64,000 bases of DNA, taken from positions 2,080,001 to 2,144,000 of the forward strand of contig OY969767.1 in assembly GCA_963702895.1 (NCBI GenBank), given 5' to 3'. The notes beneath the pieces were generated by a model. It was not told the origin of the DNA. It searched no databases and saw only the letters and a list, made by a program, of their open reading frames with translations. The translations under genes were made by a program, and so were the position numbers. This document shows, in pieces, positions 19,274 to 29,004 of this stretch. This DNA comes from an uncultured Elusimicrobia bacterium. Lineage in GTDB: Bacteria > Elusimicrobiota > Elusimicrobia > 2-01-FULL-59-12. The first letter of the stretch is position 1; each line of letters opens with the position of its first letter.

Positions 19274-19696
19274 ATGTCTGACGTCAGGCAGACGGATTCG
19301 GGGGACCCCCTCAACGAAGTGAACGTCATTCCGCTGGCGGATCTTTCGCTGGTGCTGCTCATTATCTTGATGGTGATTTCCCCCATGATCATGCAGTCCA
19401 TGATCAAGGTGCAGTCGAGCCGCGCGACGATCGCCCGATCGGCGGCAGAGAAGGACCAGGAGCCTCCGCTCATCCTCGCGCTGAACAAATCAGGAGTTTC
19501 GCTCAACACCGTTGTGATGAAAGACGATGTCGACCTGGCCTCCAGGCTCGCTGCGGCCCTCGGAAACCGTGAGGACAAGACCGTTCTTATCACGGCGGAC
19601 CCCGCGGTGGAGCATGGCCGCTTTGTGCGGGTGTTGGACCTCGTCAAACAGCAAGGGGCAGAAAAGATCGCGCTCCTGAAGAAGGCAAAATCATGA
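19274..19696 (+). CDS. ExbD/TolR family protein 1
   Basis: EVNVIPLADLSLVLLIILMV (channel Asp retained); ITAD motif. Confidence 0.93.
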   Translation: MSDVRQTDSGDPLNEVNVIPLADLSLVLLIILMVISPMIMQSMIKVQSSRATIARSAAEKDQEPPLILALNKSGVSLNTVVMKDDVDLASRLAAALGNREDKTVLITADPAVEHGRFVRVLDLVKQQGAEKIALLKKAKS

Positions 19697-20121
19697 AATA
19701 TAAACCACGCTCGGAAGACTTCGAGTCGCTTTCGGGGGTCAACATCATCCCGGTGATTGATGTGTCGCTGGTGCTCCTGATCATTCTTCTGGCCACCTCT
19801 CCCATCCTCAATCTGCCGGGTTTTGAGGTCAAACTCCCGAAAGCGGTCACGGCCGAAAGCAAAGAAAAAAACATCAGCATCAGCCTCTCTCTCCAAGGAT
19901 ACATGGCCGTCAACGAACAGAGCGTCGATGAAACAACGCTCGTGCGCGTTCTGCGCAAGGAACTCAAAGATAAACCTGAATTTTTAGTCATCATCCGGGC
20001 CGACCAGGGTGCCCCGTATGGGAAGGTGGAACGCATGATGGACCTCGCCAAACAAGCCGGGGCCCGTCGAATCGCGATCGCCACACAGCAAGAACAGGAA
20101 AAGGTGGTGAAAACCCAATGA
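19693..20121 (+). CDS. ExbD/TolR family protein 2
   Basis: VNIIPVIDVSLVLLIILL, VKLPKA, IRADQGAPYG. Confidence 0.93.
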   Translation: MKYKPRSEDFESLSGVNIIPVIDVSLVLLIILLATSPILNLPGFEVKLPKAVTAESKEKNISISLSLQGYMAVNEQSVDETTLVRVLRKELKDKPEFLVIIRADQGAPYGKVERMMDLAKQAGARRIAIATQQEQEKVVKTQ

Positions 20122-21371
20122 TCCTCGCTATCGACACGCGCCTGAGTTCCACCAAAACGCAGGAAACGGTCAGCATGACGCTGGCGATCCTCTTGCACGC
20201 GCTCCTGCTGTATTGGGATCCCACGCTCCTGACCAGCCATTACAAACCCATCCACGATTTCGTCACGATCGATATCGTGGAGCAAGCGGCACCCGGCGGT
20301 TTTGAGCAGCCGGCGCCCAAAAAGATGAGCCTGATGGACACTTTGAAGGACATGCTCATGAAGCCTCGCGAGGAGCAAATCGCGCATGTGGCGCCACAGC
20401 AGCCCTTCGTGAACAAAGTGGCCGCCCCGGTGCAGCCTGCTCTTCAAAACAAGAACATGCCGAAACCCATCGCCACGAGCTTTCAGCCCAAGAGCCAGAT
20501 GGAAGACCTCGCCTCGGCGAGCTCTCCGAATGCCATTAAAACGGATTCCAAGAATTTCAATATTCCTACGCCCGGCCCTACCCTCACGACAAAGAGCTAT
20601 GGCGGGATCAAAGCCAAGGACCTTCCGTTCCAAGTGGGGACCGACCAGCAGTTGGCAGGCGGCTCAGCCGTTATACCCATCGCGGTTGGCAATTCGTCCG
20701 CCAAAGGCGCTCTGGGCTACAGCAATCCCTCCTTGAAGGATGCGGGTAAAAGCAAAGGGATCAGCGTGTCCAGTCTTGGATCAGGCCCTTCCCGTGATAT
20801 CAGTTCGATCGGTGGCGGAGCATCTTCCACCATCGAGATTTCAGGCACCGGCGGCACGGGCAACGCTCCGACCGGAGCCACCCATGGGCAAGTTCTCAGC
20901 GATCGATCCGGTGGACCGGGAGGCGGCGGGCGCGTGGCAGGGAGCTGGTTCGGATCGGGACGCAGTGGCGGCGGTTTTGGGGCAGGTGTTCAAGGCATCC
21001 CCAGCGCGGCAGCGGACTTGGACGCGCAACTCGCAGCTTCCGCCAGCGGCTCAGGCCGCGGCATGAAATCGAAGAAAGGCTTTGAGATTGCCGGCCCCCT
21101 CAACAACCGAACGATTGTGAGAAAAGTAATCCCACAATATCCGGCTTGGGCCGAAGAACAGGGCATTATCGGCTCTGTTCGTATATGGTTCATGGTCACA
21201 GGCGATGGGCAGGTGCGCTCCAATATGCGTCTGACCAAGACCACGGGATACCCCGAGCTGGACAAATTGGCTCTGGACGCCCTCCGACAATGGCGATTTG
21301 CCAGCTTCAGCTCGGGGGATGAAGCCGGCCAATGGGGCATCATCACCTTCACGTTCTCGCTGTCCTCTTAA
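20118..21371 (+). CDS. TonB-family energy transducer with long Gly/Ser-rich linker
   Basis: N-terminal TM with conserved His (AILLHALL); C-terminal PQYPAWAEEQGIIGSV...LDKLALDALRQWRF...ITFTF. Confidence 0.88.
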   Translation: MILAIDTRLSSTKTQETVSMTLAILLHALLLYWDPTLLTSHYKPIHDFVTIDIVEQAAPGGFEQPAPKKMSLMDTLKDMLMKPREEQIAHVAPQQPFVNKVAAPVQPALQNKNMPKPIATSFQPKSQMEDLASASSPNAIKTDSKNFNIPTPGPTLTTKSYGGIKAKDLPFQVGTDQQLAGGSAVIPIAVGNSSAKGALGYSNPSLKDAGKSKGISVSSLGSGPSRDISSIGGGASSTIEISGTGGTGNAPTGATHGQVLSDRSGGPGGGGRVAGSWFGSGRSGGGFGAGVQGIPSAAADLDAQLAASASGSGRGMKSKKGFEIAGPLNNRTIVRKVIPQYPAWAEEQGIIGSVRIWFMVTGDGQVRSNMRLTKTTGYPELDKLALDALRQWRFASFSSGDEAGQWGIITFTFSLSS

Positions 21372-21382
21372 GGAGAAAACGG

Positions 21383-22432
21383 ATGTCGAACAGGCCTTAT
21401 CCATCGAAGCATGGGAGCGCGAACCAGGGACTCTCGGTCCTGGTGCTCTTCACGCTTCTGTCCTCGGCAGGGTCCACTCCTGTCTGGAGCGCCAAGCCGG
21501 CCAAGACGGGATCCGCCACCAAGAAGGCGGCGCCCGCTCCGGCGGCAGCCCCTGCTGACACACACGCGCCAGCGCCGAAGGCGGTCCCGACTTCGACGGT
21601 CAAGCAAGTCAAAGAAGGAGAACTTAACGTCAGTATCACAGGCGAGCTCAAAGACAAGATGACAATTGGGAAAATCGATCCACCCGCGGCCTTCAACCTG
21701 GAGGACATCCAGAACTTCCCTCAGGAGAGGCTGCAGCCCGTGCTGAACAATCCCATTACCTTTGAAGAAGGGCGAGACTTCTCAAGCATGATGGACTCCC
21801 TCGATGATAAAGTGGTCCACCCGTGGCTCCCCGAGATCCCCCGAGAGCCCTTTTTGACCATGAAGGTGCAGTTGGAGAAGCCCACCAAGGACTGGCGCTT
21901 CTCCGTGATCGACCAGGGCGGCACGCCCGTGTCCTCCCAGGAGGGAAAAGGCTCTCCCCCCGACACGTTCACCTGGTCGGGTGAAGACAAGAGCCGCGGC
22001 CATATGGCGGTGGATACCGTCTACATCCCCCAGCTTTCGACCACCGACAAAGAAGGCTACCGGCACACGTATATGGGCCATCCGGCGCAATTTGCCACTT
22101 TTCTATTGAATGACAAGGGCCGTTCTACGATCGAGATCTCAAGTAAAAGGCTCTTTTTAGAAAACAAAGCAGAGTTCACCAAAGAAGCGCCGGTCCTTCT
22201 TGAGAAGGTCTGCGATTTCATCCGTGAAGAAGCGCGCATCCCTTTCGCGATCCAGGTCTTTGACATGAATCTGGAGTTGGGCAAGTCCCGCCAAGACACG
22301 CTTGCGAAATATCTCAGCGAAAATCTCATGATTTCCCCTTCCCAAATCACGCTCCTTGGCACGGCTGCCGCGGATAAGCGTGGACAGGCGATCGCGCTCA
22401 CGTTGAATAACACGCCGGGAGGCTCCGAATGA
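21383..22432 (+). CDS. Exported protein: Pro/Ala linker, FlgD-Ig-like domain, degenerate OmpA-like C-terminus
   Basis: AGGAG RBS before ATG 21383; signal peptide; W-x-G-x-D-x3-G..Y...L...D..G pattern; OmpA-like spacing without GHTD. Domain calls by eye. Confidence 0.6.
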   Translation: MSNRPYPSKHGSANQGLSVLVLFTLLSSAGSTPVWSAKPAKTGSATKKAAPAPAAAPADTHAPAPKAVPTSTVKQVKEGELNVSITGELKDKMTIGKIDPPAAFNLEDIQNFPQERLQPVLNNPITFEEGRDFSSMMDSLDDKVVHPWLPEIPREPFLTMKVQLEKPTKDWRFSVIDQGGTPVSSQEGKGSPPDTFTWSGEDKSRGHMAVDTVYIPQLSTTDKEGYRHTYMGHPAQFATFLLNDKGRSTIEISSKRLFLENKAEFTKEAPVLLEKVCDFIREEARIPFAIQVFDMNLELGKSRQDTLAKYLSENLMISPSQITLLGTAAADKRGQAIALTLNNTPGGSE

Positions 22433-23028
22433 AAACCTCAAGGATTCTTCTCCGTTGGTCCGTGCTCCTGGCAGCGTTTTGTGTTCTATCTCCGGGTGCG
22501 CAAGCGGAAGACCGGACGGGCTCTGCCGATCAGAGCGACAGTAACTATTACTGGCAGGGAACGCAGCTCTACAACCTCGGACGGCTGGGGGAGGCCTTTG
22601 AGAGCTTTGAGAAGGCGATCCAGCGTAAACAAAACTCCAAAGAAGCGGAAGCCTATTTGCTCCAGATCCGTCAAGAAATCGTGACCAACGCCAAGAAACG
22701 CTCGAACGAGAGCAGGGCTCTGGAATATGGCGGCAACAGCCCCGACACGGCGCTCAACATCGCTTATGTCGAGAAAGGTTTTATTCGCGTGACGGTGCTG
22801 GCGAAGTTCCTCTTCGATGAAAACACCACGTCACTGAAGACCGGCGCGATGGAAGTGATCAACAAACTGGCGAACGTCCTGCAGAACAAAGAAGGCCAGC
22901 GCGTGCAGGTGACACTTGTGAATGAACTCGATAATATTGTGAATGCTCGCGACGTCGACGCGGAACGGGCGCTGCTCGTCTTTTCACTTCTGAACCTTAA
23001 GCGCCTGGCCCCTGAAAACCCCGCCTAA
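22429..23028 (+). CDS. Exported TPR + truncated OmpA/MotB-C-like protein
   Basis: Signal peptide (GAQA|E); one TPR; FLFDENTTSLK...INKLANVL...ERALLV. Confidence 0.6.
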   Translation: MKTSRILLRWSVLLAAFCVLSPGAQAEDRTGSADQSDSNYYWQGTQLYNLGRLGEAFESFEKAIQRKQNSKEAEAYLLQIRQEIVTNAKKRSNESRALEYGGNSPDTALNIAYVEKGFIRVTVLAKFLFDENTTSLKTGAMEVINKLANVLQNKEGQRVQVTLVNELDNIVNARDVDAERALLVFSLLNLKRLAPENPA

Positions 23029-23043
23029 AGCTCGAAGCTCCCC

Positions 23044-23532
23044 TCAAGCAAGACGTTTTTTCACAAAGGGCATCAGTCCGCCCGCGCGGATCAGTTCCTG
23101 CATAAAGGGTGGGAAGGCTTGCGCCTGGTAGGTTTTCCCCTTCGTGCTGTTTCGGATGAGGCCTTTGTCGAGATCGACCTCGAGCTGGTCACCGGACTCC
23201 GCCTCGCGAGCGGCCTCCGGGCATTCCAGGATCGGCATGCCGATGTTGATGCAATTACGGAAGAAGATCCGTGCAAAAGACTCGGCGATCACCAGCCCCA
23301 GACCCATCCCTTTGATGGCCAGCGGCGCATGCTCACGGCTTGAGCCGCAACCGAAATTGCGTCCGGCCACAAGAATATCTCCGGCCTTGGCCTTGCGTGG
23401 AAAGTCCGCGTCTGCGATTTCCATGCAATGCTGAGCGAGTTCCTTGGGATCCGTCGTGACCAGATACTTGGCAGGGATAATTTGATCAGTGTCGACATTA
23501 TCGCCGAACTTATAAGCAGTTCCCTTCATCAT
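23044..23532 (-). CDS. leuD: 3-isopropylmalate dehydratase small subunit
   Basis: DNVDTDQIIP, NFGCGSSREHAP, SFARIFFRN. Confidence 0.96.
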   Translation of the reverse strand: MMKGTAYKFGDNVDTDQIIPAKYLVTTDPKELAQHCMEIADADFPRKAKAGDILVAGRNFGCGSSREHAPLAIKGMGLGLVIAESFARIFFRNCINIGMPILECPEAAREAESGDQLEVDLDKGLIRNSTKGKTYQAQAFPPFMQELIRAGGLMPFVKKRLA

Positions 23533-24812
23533 ATGGCCACCTTCCTCTTTCCAACGATCTCCTCCGGATGACAGACGTAGCCCGCGATGGCGCTCGCGGT
23601 CACCACGGCGGGGTTGGCGAGATAAACTTTGGAATCCCGGTGGCCCATACGGCCGGGGAAGTTCCTGTTCGAGGACGAAATACAGACTTCATCGGGCCCC
23701 AAGACGCCCATATGGCCCCCCAGGCACGGCCCGCAAGTGGCGGCCGATACAATGGCCTCCGACTCCATAAAGATATCGATGAGACCCTCCTTGAGGGCCT
23801 GCCGGTAGATGTTCTGTGTGGCCGGGATCACCATGAAGCGGATCCCCTTGGCCACTTTCTTGCCTTGAAGGATTTTGGCCGCGATACGCAGGTCCTCGAT
23901 GCGACCATTGGTGCAAGAACCCAGGAATGCGGAATGGATTTTTGCGCCTGAGACTTTGCTCACACCTGCCACCTTGTCGGGCAGATTCGGTTGGGCGACC
24001 TGCGGTTCCATGCCGGTCATGTCCCAGTCATAGGAGGCGCAGAATTTGGCGTCTGGGTCACTTTTGACGATCGTATAAGGGCGTTTGGCGCGTCCTTTGA
24101 GATAGGCCTCCGTGACCTCATCGGCTTCAATGAAACCGCTTTTACCACCAGCCTCAATCACCATATTGGTGATGGTGAGGCGCGCCTCCATGGAGAGACC
24201 CCGGACCGCGGGTCCCGTAAATTCCATGTTGCGGTAGAGAGCGCCATCAAACGTGATTTGGCCAATGGTGTAGAGAATGAGATCTTTCCCTGTCACCCAA
24301 GGATCGAGCTTCCCGCGGTAGTGAAAGCGCATCGTCTCCGGCACCTTGAGCCAGATCTCGCCGGTGGCCATGACGGCGGCCAGGTCCGTTGAACCCACCC
24401 CTGTGGAAAAGAGTCCCAGTCCGCCGTAGGTACAGGAATGAGAATCCGCGCCAATCACGACATCCCCCGGAACGACGAGCCCCAGTTCCGGCAAAAGCGA
24501 ATGTTCGACGCCGCCGCGCCCCTCGTCAAAGAAGAGTGGGAGGTCGTAGTGTGTCGCGAAAGCCCGCGCGACCGCGGCCTGGGCCGCCGATTGGATATCC
24601 TTGGCCGGCACGAAGTGCGAAAAGACGATGGCGATCCGTTCTTTGTTCCAGAGCTTGTGAATGCCGTGCTGTTCCAGCGCCTTAATCGCGATGGGAGCGG
24701 TCACATCATTGGCCATGGCCAGATCCGCTTTGGCCAGAATAAATTCCCCTGGCTCCACCGATTTCTTCCCCGCGTGAGACGCGAGGATCTTCTGCATCGC
24801 TGTCTGTCCCAT
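23529..24812 (-). CDS. leuC: 3-isopropylmalate dehydratase large subunit
   Basis: GADSHSCTYG, GSCTNGR, CGPCLG, SNRNFPGRMG. Confidence 0.96.
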   Translation of the reverse strand: MGQTAMQKILASHAGKKSVEPGEFILAKADLAMANDVTAPIAIKALEQHGIHKLWNKERIAIVFSHFVPAKDIQSAAQAAVARAFATHYDLPLFFDEGRGGVEHSLLPELGLVVPGDVVIGADSHSCTYGGLGLFSTGVGSTDLAAVMATGEIWLKVPETMRFHYRGKLDPWVTGKDLILYTIGQITFDGALYRNMEFTGPAVRGLSMEARLTITNMVIEAGGKSGFIEADEVTEAYLKGRAKRPYTIVKSDPDAKFCASYDWDMTGMEPQVAQPNLPDKVAGVSKVSGAKIHSAFLGSCTNGRIEDLRIAAKILQGKKVAKGIRFMVIPATQNIYRQALKEGLIDIFMESEAIVSAATCGPCLGGHMGVLGPDEVCISSSNRNFPGRMGHRDSKVYLANPAVVTASAIAGYVCHPEEIVGKRKVAI

Positions 24813-24828
24813 AACTACCCTTTCACTT

Positions 24829-24929
24829 CGTCACCCCGGCGTAAGCCGGGGTCTATCATGATGGATCCGACACACTGCAGTCGGACGCCTGTTGTGTGGC
24901 GTCCCGGCTTACGACGCGCCGGGATGACG
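24829..24929. repeat. CGTC-tagged REP-like element, family B; overlaps the leuA 3' end
   Basis: CGTCACCCCGGC..GCCGGGG ... CCCGGC..GCCGGGATGACG; near-identical 3' half at 33738-33784. Confidence 0.88.
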
Positions 24930-26471
24930 TTTTTTATCTCTTCTTCTTTTTGCTTGACTTAGCTTGTTGATCGCGTTGAGATAGGCCTTGGCGCTGGCTT
25001 CAATGATATCCGTGGAGGCTCCGCGTCCGAGGATCGTGAGGCCGCCGTCTTCGATACGGATCGTGACCTCGCCCTGAGCGTCTTTGCCGCTGGTAATGGC
25101 ATGCAGGTTGTAGTCCACGAGCTTCGGTTTGAGTCCCACCACCTTATCAATCGCCTTGGTGGTCGCATCGACTGGGCCGTCCCCTTGGGCTGTGCCTTCC
25201 AAAACCTCGCCATCCGCTTTGCGGATACGGACAATGGCCGTCGGGGTCGCGTCCGATCGGGAAGAGGCCTCGAAAAATTCCAGAACATAGTCTTCCTTCA
25301 CGTCCGTCACTTCTTGCTCGACCAGGGCCAGCAAATCATCGTCAAAGACATAGCGCTTTTTGTCCGCGAGGGCCTTAAAACGAATAAACATATCATCCAG
25401 CTGCTTCTTGTTGAGCTTATAACCCAGGTGTTTGAGGCGGTTTCCTAAAGCGTGACGACCGCTCCGCGAGGTGAGCAGAAGCTGGGACTCTTCCACTCCG
25501 ACATCCTCCGGGTTCATGATTTCATAGGTTTGCCGGTATTTCAGGATGCCGTCCTGGTGGATGCCGGAAGAGTGAGCAAAGGCATTGGCGCCCACAATCG
25601 CCTTATTCGGAGGGACCACGACCCCCGTCAGCGAGGAGACCAGCCGGCTGGTTTTCGCAATCTCCTTAGTATGAATGCCGGTCGTAACACCAAAAAGGGA
25701 GGACCGCGTTTTGAGCGCCATCACCACTTCTTCAAGGCTCGTGTTGCCCGCGCGCTCGCCAAGACCATTGATCGTACACTCCACCTGACGCACACCCGCC
25801 TGCACAGCCGCCAGGGAATTGGCGACCGAAAGCCCGAGATCATCCTGGCAATGGGTGGACATGATGGTTTGATGGATATTCGGTACCATTTCAAAGATTT
25901 TCCGGAACATGTTCCCGTACTCCCAGGGAATCGCAAAGCCGGTTGTGTCCGGTAGGTTGACGGTCGTGGCCCCGGCGGCAATAACGGCCTCGACCACTTT
26001 GGCCAAGAAGTGAATGTCGGTCCGCGTCGAGTCTTCCGCGGAAAACTCGACGGAATCCGCGTACTTGCGAGCCAGTTTCACCGATTCCACGGCGCGCGCC
26101 AAGACCTGATCGCGCGTCATATGCAGCTTGTGTTCCAAGTGGATATCGGAGGTCGCGATAAAGACGTGGACGCGCGGTCGTTTGGCGGGCTTGACCGCTT
26201 CCGCGCAGGCCTCAATGTCACCCTTGACGCAACGGGCAAGGCCGCAGATCTCCGGGGCATTGGGTGCTCGCCCTACGGATTTGGCGATATTTTTTACCGC
26301 TTCGAGATCTCCCAAAGAGGATACTGGAAACCCCCCTTCAATGACGTCGACACCCAAACGGTAGAGCTGCTCCGCCACCTGCAATTTCTGCTCCGGCCCC
26401 AGGCTACAGCCCGGCGCCTGCTCCCCGTCCCTTAAGGTTGTGTCAAAAATGATGATTCGGTTCTTGTCCAT
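24909..26471 (-). CDS. leuA: 2-isopropylmalate synthase
   Basis: IFDTTLRDGEQAPG, GLGERAGN, HSSGIHQDG, C-terminal regulatory domain with GDGPVDA. Confidence 0.96.
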   Translation of the reverse strand: MDKNRIIIFDTTLRDGEQAPGCSLGPEQKLQVAEQLYRLGVDVIEGGFPVSSLGDLEAVKNIAKSVGRAPNAPEICGLARCVKGDIEACAEAVKPAKRPRVHVFIATSDIHLEHKLHMTRDQVLARAVESVKLARKYADSVEFSAEDSTRTDIHFLAKVVEAVIAAGATTVNLPDTTGFAIPWEYGNMFRKIFEMVPNIHQTIMSTHCQDDLGLSVANSLAAVQAGVRQVECTINGLGERAGNTSLEEVVMALKTRSSLFGVTTGIHTKEIAKTSRLVSSLTGVVVPPNKAIVGANAFAHSSGIHQDGILKYRQTYEIMNPEDVGVEESQLLLTSRSGRHALGNRLKHLGYKLNKKQLDDMFIRFKALADKKRYVFDDDLLALVEQEVTDVKEDYVLEFFEASSRSDATPTAIVRIRKADGEVLEGTAQGDGPVDATTKAIDKVVGLKPKLVDYNLHAITSGKDAQGEVTIRIEDGGLTILGRGASTDIIEASAKAYLNAINKLSQAKRRRDKKRHPGAS

Positions 26472-26473
26472 CG

Positions 26474-27307
26474 TTATCTCCCTGTTGTGCTCGTCCACTC
26501 GTCCTTGGAGCCCACGTCCGTCTTGCGCCGGCCGTAGAGGCTATCGCCGGCCATGCTTTTGGCTCGCTGGGCACGATAGAACCGCCAAGCGAGCGAGAAA
26601 AGCCCGGCCAGCACATACAGAGAAAAGACAATAAAGATCATGTTCTGCGGGTACGTAAAAATGAGCAGGATCCCGACGAGAAGAAACGCGAGATTTTGCA
26701 GGGACTTGGGACGACCCAGTTTCATCTGTTTAAAATTGCTGTATTGGACCGTGGAAACCATGAGAAACGAAAGCATGATCATCGCCAGCGGCACGAACTT
26801 GAAAAAGAACGGCATCCTTTTCATGAGGATCGGAATCGTCTTGAACGTGATGATCCCCTCCCCAAAGAGCTCATAGCTTAGGACAAAGGATGCCAAGAGA
26901 ACGGCCGCCGCTGGCACCGGTAGTCCCACGAAATAAGCGGAGGTTTCCCCGGCCTGGGCACGGAGGTTGAAACGCGCCAGGCGCACGGCTGCCATCATGA
27001 CGAAAAAGACCGCGATCATGTACCCTGGGCGTCCCAAGGGCTGCAGCGCGACCTGGTACATTAAAAAGGCTGGAGCCACACCAAAGGTGACGACATCGCA
27101 CAGAGAATCAAGCTCCACGCCAAACTGGCTTGTGGCACCGGCCCATCGCGCCACACGACCGTCCAGAATGTCCAGGATGACGCCCGCGATGATGCACCAA
27201 GCCGCGGATGACAAGTGATCCCCGGCCGCGTAGATGATCGACATCACGCCCGCGGCGAGGTTGCCTAAGGTGAGGAGGCTCGGGAATAAGTAGATGCCTT
27301 TTTTCAT
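26474..27307 (-). CDS. pssA: CDP-diacylglycerol-serine O-phosphatidyltransferase
   Basis: LDGRVAR...FGVELDSLCD CDP-alcohol motif, RLARFN. Start 27307 forms an ATGA overlap with psd. Confidence 0.94.
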   Translation of the reverse strand: MKKGIYLFPSLLTLGNLAAGVMSIIYAAGDHLSSAAWCIIAGVILDILDGRVARWAGATSQFGVELDSLCDVVTFGVAPAFLMYQVALQPLGRPGYMIAVFFVMMAAVRLARFNLRAQAGETSAYFVGLPVPAAAVLLASFVLSYELFGEGIITFKTIPILMKRMPFFFKFVPLAMIMLSFLMVSTVQYSNFKQMKLGRPKSLQNLAFLLVGILLIFTYPQNMIFIVFSLYVLAGLFSLAWRFYRAQRAKSMAGDSLYGRRKTDVGSKDEWTSTTGR

Positions 27308-27951
27308 CGCCTTGCCAAAATGGTATCCCCCGCCGTGACCCGATCGCCCGCTTTCACTCGGACCTCGCACGCCTTGGGCAACACCACGTCCACCTGGGAA
27401 CCAAACCGGATGAGCCCGATCCGCTCGCCAGCCTTCACGGACTGGCCCTCACGGACCCAGCAGACGATTCGCCGCGCGATCAGCCCCGCAATCTGGGTCA
27501 CAACAAGCCGCATCGGTCCGTGGGTGGCTTCGATGACCACGCGGTTTTGCTCATTTTCAAACGCCGCACGGGGGTCTCGCGCGTCCAGGAACTTCCCCCT
27601 TTTATAGTCGATTTTCTGCACACGGCCAGAGACCGGGGAGCGCTGAAGATGCGGGTCGAAAACCGATAAAAAAATCCGGATGATCCAAACCGGCCCAGAC
27701 AAGGTCGGGTCGGTCCCTTCGATGACTTCCAGAACTTTGCCGTCCGCGGGACAAAGCACGAGCGACTCGTCCTGGGGGATGACCCGCAGTGGATCGCGAA
27801 AGAAATAGACACAAAACGCGGTGAGAAGAAAGAAGACCACGGCCAACGCGAGGAAGGAGCGGAGCATCAGAAAGATGCTGCTCAGAAGAAAGAAATGACT
27901 GACGAGCAGGCATCCGATGATGAACGGCCAACCTTCGCGAACGATACGCAT
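27304..27951 (-). CDS. psd: Phosphatidylserine decarboxylase proenzyme
   Basis: FFRDP, PADGKV, QIAGLIARRI, RFGSQVD. Confidence 0.95.
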   Translation of the reverse strand: MRIVREGWPFIIGCLLVSHFFLLSSIFLMLRSFLALAVVFFLLTAFCVYFFRDPLRVIPQDESLVLCPADGKVLEVIEGTDPTLSGPVWIIRIFLSVFDPHLQRSPVSGRVQKIDYKRGKFLDARDPRAAFENEQNRVVIEATHGPMRLVVTQIAGLIARRIVCWVREGQSVKAGERIGLIRFGSQVDVVLPKACEVRVKAGDRVTAGDTILARR

Positions 27952-27963
27952 GCGCGTGTGGGG

Positions 27964-29004
27964 CTAGTGGGAGGCCACGGGTTTGCGTGCTGGGGCGTTC
28001 CGGTCCATGCCCTTTTTCTGAAGCCAGGGCATCATGGAGCGCAGCACAGCGCCGACCTTTTCGATGGGGTGTGAAGCGTAGGCCTCTTTCATACGGGTAA
28101 AGTTTTTCCGTCCCGCTTTGTCTTCGGCGATCCACTCCTTCGCGAAGGCGCCGGATTGGATTTCACCCAGAATCTTTTTCATCTCTTCTTTGGTCTTGGG
28201 TGTAATGATGCGCGGCCCGCGTGTAAATTCCCCGTATTTGGCGGTATCGGAGATCGAGTGGTTCATCCAGTCAAGGCCGCCCTCGTAGATGAGGTCGACA
28301 ATGAGCTTCACTTCATGGAGACATTCAAAATACGCGGATTCCGGCTGATAGCCGGCCTCGATGAGGGTCTCATACCCGTTTTTGATAAGCTCCACGAGAC
28401 CCCCGCACAGAACCACCTGCTCGCCGAAGAGATCCGTCTCCGTCTCTTCCTTGAAAGTGGTCTCCAGGGTCCCCGCTTTGGTGCAGCCAATGCCCTTCGC
28501 GTAGGCGAGCGCCATGGCTTTGGCATCACCTGTCGCGTCTTGGAAGATGGCGACCAGGCCCGGTGTGCCTCCCCCCTCCTCAAACGTGCGGCGCACGAGG
28601 TGCCCAGGACCTTTGGGAGCGACCATCACCACATCCAAGTGATTCGGCGGAAGGATCGTTTTAAAGTGAATATTAAAGCCATGGGAAAAACCCAGCACGG
28701 CGCCTTTCCGGATATGGGGAGCGACGTCTTGGGCCCAAACCTCCGCTTGCGCGGTATCCGGAAGGAGCATCTGCACGTAATCAGCGCCTTTGACGGCATC
28801 CGCGACGGTTTGCACGTTCCAGCCATGGCTCGCCGCCAAGTCCCACGTTTTGCCGCCAGGGCGGGTCCCAATGACAACCTGGGCGCCCGAATCGCGAAGA
28901 TTGAGCGCATGGGCGTGCCCTTGAGAGCCGTAGCCCAGCATGGCGATCTTTTTGTGCTTGAGTAAATTAAAATCCGCGTCTTTGTCGTAATAGACCGTAG
29001 CCAT
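27964..29004 (-). CDS. ilvC: Ketol-acid reductoisomerase
   Basis: [30 protein letters not shown]. Confidence 0.97.
   Translation of the reverse strand: MATVYYDKDADFNLLKHKKIAMLGYGSQGHAHALNLRDSGAQVVIGTRPGGKTWDLAASHGWNVQTVADAVKGADYVQMLLPDTAQAEVWAQDVAPHIRKGAVLGFSHGFNIHFKTILPPNHLDVVMVAPKGPGHLVRRTFEEGGGTPGLVAIFQDATGDAKAMALAYAKGIGCTKAGTLETTFKEETETDLFGEQVVLCGGLVELIKNGYETLIEAGYQPESAYFECLHEVKLIVDLIYEGGLDWMNHSISDTAKYGEFTRGPRIITPKTKEEMKKILGEIQSGAFAKEWIAEDKAGRKNFTRMKEAYASHPIEKVGAVLRSMMPWLQKKGMDRNAPARKPVASH

Noticed and set aside
26474..27951. psd-pssA inside the ilv-leu run as a novelty
   Set aside because: The ilvC-psd-pssA arrangement is a familiar conserved neighbourhood in several phyla.
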